The notes under the pieces are model-generated. The model was not told the origin of the DNA and did no database searches. It saw only the letters and a list, made by a program, of their open reading frames with translations. This document shows, piece after piece, positions 58,954 through 61,746 of a stretch of 61,746 nucleotides of DNA; position 1 is the stretch's first letter, and each line of letters starts with the position of its first letter. The stretch spans positions 1-61,746 of the IMG/VR virus record IMGVR_UViG_3300036783_000190. One strand, 5' to 3'. A program made the position numbers and the translations under genes. This DNA comes from a virus. Lineage: Duplodnaviria > Caudoviricetes.

Positions 58954-59118
58954 ATGGGAATCAAATTTTTAAAACAAATGATGGCGAAAGACGGTAAAGC
59001 TTATTATGATCAAATCGTCGCCAAAAATGAAAAGATACGCGAATTTGAAAAAGAAATAAAAAGCGCGAGAGTTGAGGTTGCGGCAACAACATCTTATGCT
59101 ATTGCAAATGTAAAATAA
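58954..59118 (+). CDS. 54-aa micro-protein, paralog of 58752
   Basis: MGIKFLKQMMAKDGKAYYDQIVAKNEK... Confidence 0.6.
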   Translation: MGIKFLKQMMAKDGKAYYDQIVAKNEKIREFEKEIKSARVEVAATTSYAIANVK

Positions 59119-59449
59119 TTCATCATAGAATAATATAAATTTTAAAGGCATCTATTAAACATAGATGCCTTTTTTCATAAAGAAAAGACACCCTAAGGTG
59201 CCTTCCTCCGACTTGAACCACTTTACTTTTAATAATATGTATTGGACTCCCATCCAAATAATATTTTACCATGTTAAGTTATATTGTTCATTGAGAAATA
59301 TTACTCAAATTTAACTCTATTAATCTATGAAATTCAAGCAATTTAATGTAAAATTTATATAGATAGTTTTAAAGAAATAATAAAGTTGTTAAAAAACATC
59401 AGTCATTTTATTCTACAATCGGGCTAAATTATAGAATGAAGGCTGTACT

Positions 59450-60241
59450 ATGGCTAAAAATATTGATAAGCATGGGGAGAGGACTACATTGACTATTTAC
59501 GAGCAATTTATAGAAGCTCTTGAAGGAAAAATAGGTGATATTTTAACATCAGCAGAAATACAAGACAGATTAATAACAAAATTTAATACAAATCCGGGGA
59601 GTATTATTCCTGCTGATTATTGTTATAACCGTCACAACAACGGAAGAGTTTCCAATAAAAATCTGTTTATATACATAAGTAGAGGTATGTATAGGTATGT
59701 TGGTGAAAACTATCCTTATACGGGACTAGTTTTTCACAAACCTAAAGGGGCGGATTATGAATCTGTTGTAGGTGAGTGGGATAATGGGCAACTTCATCTC
59801 TATGAGGATAAAGATACAATAGGAATCTCACAAATAAAAAAGTTATATGAATCATATTTTGAAATGTTACGATATGAAATGAACGTCCTTGGATGTAAGG
59901 CAACTGAATTAAGGCATCTTATAGGTCGTCTAGGTGAATTCTTTTGTATTCTTCACACGAATGGTGAGCTATCCAAAGTGACTAACCAGCATGGATATGA
60001 TGTCATCAAAGAGGGGAGAAGAATAAGTGTTAAAACAACTGCCCAAGAAAAAGGTTTTATCACGATCAATCAAAACACATTCGATCAATTTGATGACTTC
60101 TTCGTAGTTCAGTATAAAGATGATGACTTGAAACTATTATTTTATGGGCCGAAGGAAGAAATTCCATCGCTTAGACCATATGGGAATAATTATGAGGTCA
60201 ATATAAGCTCTTTAAAGAGAATAGAAAAGACACTCCTATAA
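59450..60241 (+). CDS. Two-domain protein with C-terminal PD-(D/E)XK-like nuclease fold (DUF6998-like)
   Basis: HLIGRLGE..NQHGYDV..ISVKTT; N-terminal PADYCYNR.N.G. Confidence 0.6.
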   Translation: MAKNIDKHGERTTLTIYEQFIEALEGKIGDILTSAEIQDRLITKFNTNPGSIIPADYCYNRHNNGRVSNKNLFIYISRGMYRYVGENYPYTGLVFHKPKGADYESVVGEWDNGQLHLYEDKDTIGISQIKKLYESYFEMLRYEMNVLGCKATELRHLIGRLGEFFCILHTNGELSKVTNQHGYDVIKEGRRISVKTTAQEKGFITINQNTFDQFDDFFVVQYKDDDLKLLFYGPKEEIPSLRPYGNNYEVNISSLKRIEKTLL

Positions 60242-60264
60242 GGGTGTCTTTTCCAATAGTTTTT

Positions 60265-60378
60265 TTAGCAGAAGCAAGAAGCTCCAACTATGATTAATAA
60301 AATAAATAGTACAACTAATAAAGCAAATCCTCCAGCGAAACCGCCGCCACAACTACCACAACTACCACCAAAGCCCAT
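60265..60378 (-). CDS. YjcZ/SscA-family protein, second copy (37 aa)
   Basis: MGFGGSCGSCGGGFAGGFALLVVLFILLIIVGASCFC. Confidence 0.85.
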   Translation of the reverse strand: MGFGGSCGSCGGGFAGGFALLVVLFILLIIVGASCFC

Positions 60379-61096
60379 TTTAATCTCTCCTTTGAGTAGG
60401 AGGGGAAATTCAAGGTCACTCATGTATTTTAATGGATTCAATTTACTTTATGTTTTTACGGATTAATTGAGCAGGTCCTAAAAAAAAGACGCCATAAGGC
60501 GTCCCCCACAATTGGGTAGATAAGGTTTAGTTTTCCACTTTAAAGAAATTAGGTATCACACCTTGAGAGTATATCATAATATCTATTAAATTTAATATTC
60601 TATGCATTATTACATAAAAGAAAAGACACGCTAAGGTGCCTTCCTCTCATTTGATAATCACTTATGTCCTCGGTTTGTATCATATATTACGATGCTACAG
60701 GGGTCTATTAATGTTGATGGATACCTAGGTTATTTTAATAAATGCCCAGTGAAATCGGAAAATATTATTGTTTTTTTATGTTGTTATATACAATTATAGA
60801 AAAACTTGTAATCGCTATTACTATAAGCATAGTTCTTTCAACAATAGAATTATAATTAGTTAAATAATCTATCAGTAAATATAACGGGAAAAGTAAAATG
60901 AAAAATATAATTTGTTTTTTTGTAAACATTTTGAAAATGCCCCCCTGTTAAATTGTATAATTTTATATTATACTAAATTTAGTATATATAACATAATTAT
61001 ACCTTAATATCTATAAAAAAGAAAAAATATATATAATACCCACTATTGTAAAAATTTTCTATTACATGTTAATATTAACTATGTAGTTATCAATCT

Positions 61097-61657
61097 ATGG
61101 ATGGGGGAAAACTAATGCTAAAAGGTAAAAAAACAATTATTACAATGCTATGCGCAACTATGTTAGGTACAACATCTTTAATAGCTATACCAGCGAAAGC
61201 GGAGACTGACACAAAATTGGAAGATTCAATTACTAATTTTGGTATGAAAGATCTTGAACTAAACGAATACCAATTAAATGAGTTGAAAAATAATAGACCT
61301 ATAACGATTTCTTCTGATGCTGCTGAAATTAGAATAGAACCACAAAAGGCATTTGCAAAACCACAAGTATTTAATATTAAAACTTACTTAAAAAACAGTT
61401 ATTGTAAGGATGTATTGAAAAATTACAATGCTTGGAACTCTACTAATAAATGGGCGAAAACGGTGAAGTATATAGTAAGCCTTGCTCCTGCTGCAGGATT
61501 ATCAATGTTTATGTATGACTTAGGAGCAGATAGAATTATAACACCGATTAAATCTGCAGTTAAACAAGGTAAAGGTGTTGAAATGTCTTATAAATATACA
61601 ATACCTGTTGGAACCAATATAGGAAAAATATCAAATTCAAAAGTTACTGTTAAATAA
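61097..61657 (+). CDS. Secreted hypothetical protein (probable start MLKGKK)
   Basis: Sec signal ending AKA-ET; terminator follows. Confidence 0.7.
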   Translation: MDGGKLMLKGKKTIITMLCATMLGTTSLIAIPAKAETDTKLEDSITNFGMKDLELNEYQLNELKNNRPITISSDAAEIRIEPQKAFAKPQVFNIKTYLKNSYCKDVLKNYNAWNSTNKWAKTVKYIVSLAPAAGLSMFMYDLGADRIITPIKSAVKQGKGVEMSYKYTIPVGTNIGKISNSKVTVK

Positions 61658-61746
61658 AAAAGTAGGACAACCCTATAATAATATGGTTGTCCTACTTTCT
61701 TATTTAATAATTTTATTCTGCACAAAGAAAAGACACCCTAAGGTGC

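Overview
Bacillus cereus-group DNA (about 35% GC by eye). Most of the window is a complete-looking ~52 kb temperate cos-type siphophage with no integrase. It is flanked by two diverged copies of a parA/non-coding replicon region (1-2020 and 52060-54220), so it is probably a phage-plasmid fused to or in tandem with a related replicon. Module order: replicon RNA region, accessory membrane genes, arbitrium (AimR/AimP/AimX-like), cI/cro switch, recombination/replication (Gp157, ERF, initiator, DnaB), a variable small-gene array with an ORF-less group II intron, ArpU with a hairpin-rich late leader, a dif-like site, HNH/cos/terminase/head/tail, lysis, FtsK plus an interrupted Replic_Relax gene, and par. 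A second replicon copy follows, with a repeat-delimited accessory array (type I TA-like locus, YjcZ-like peptides, AIPR, zeta toxin, nuclease-like gene). Best novelty candidates: (1) a Rep-less, apparently RNA-only replicon with antisense RNA, attenuator and a ~550-nt structured RNA, supported by compensatory changes between the two copies; (2) an integron-like cassette array with AAAA-N6-TTT junctions, one occupied by the intron; (3) RNA-only cassettes with sporulation sigma (SigG/SigK) promoters; (4) a second repeat-delimited cassette array. All calls are by eye; no searches or folding programs were run.
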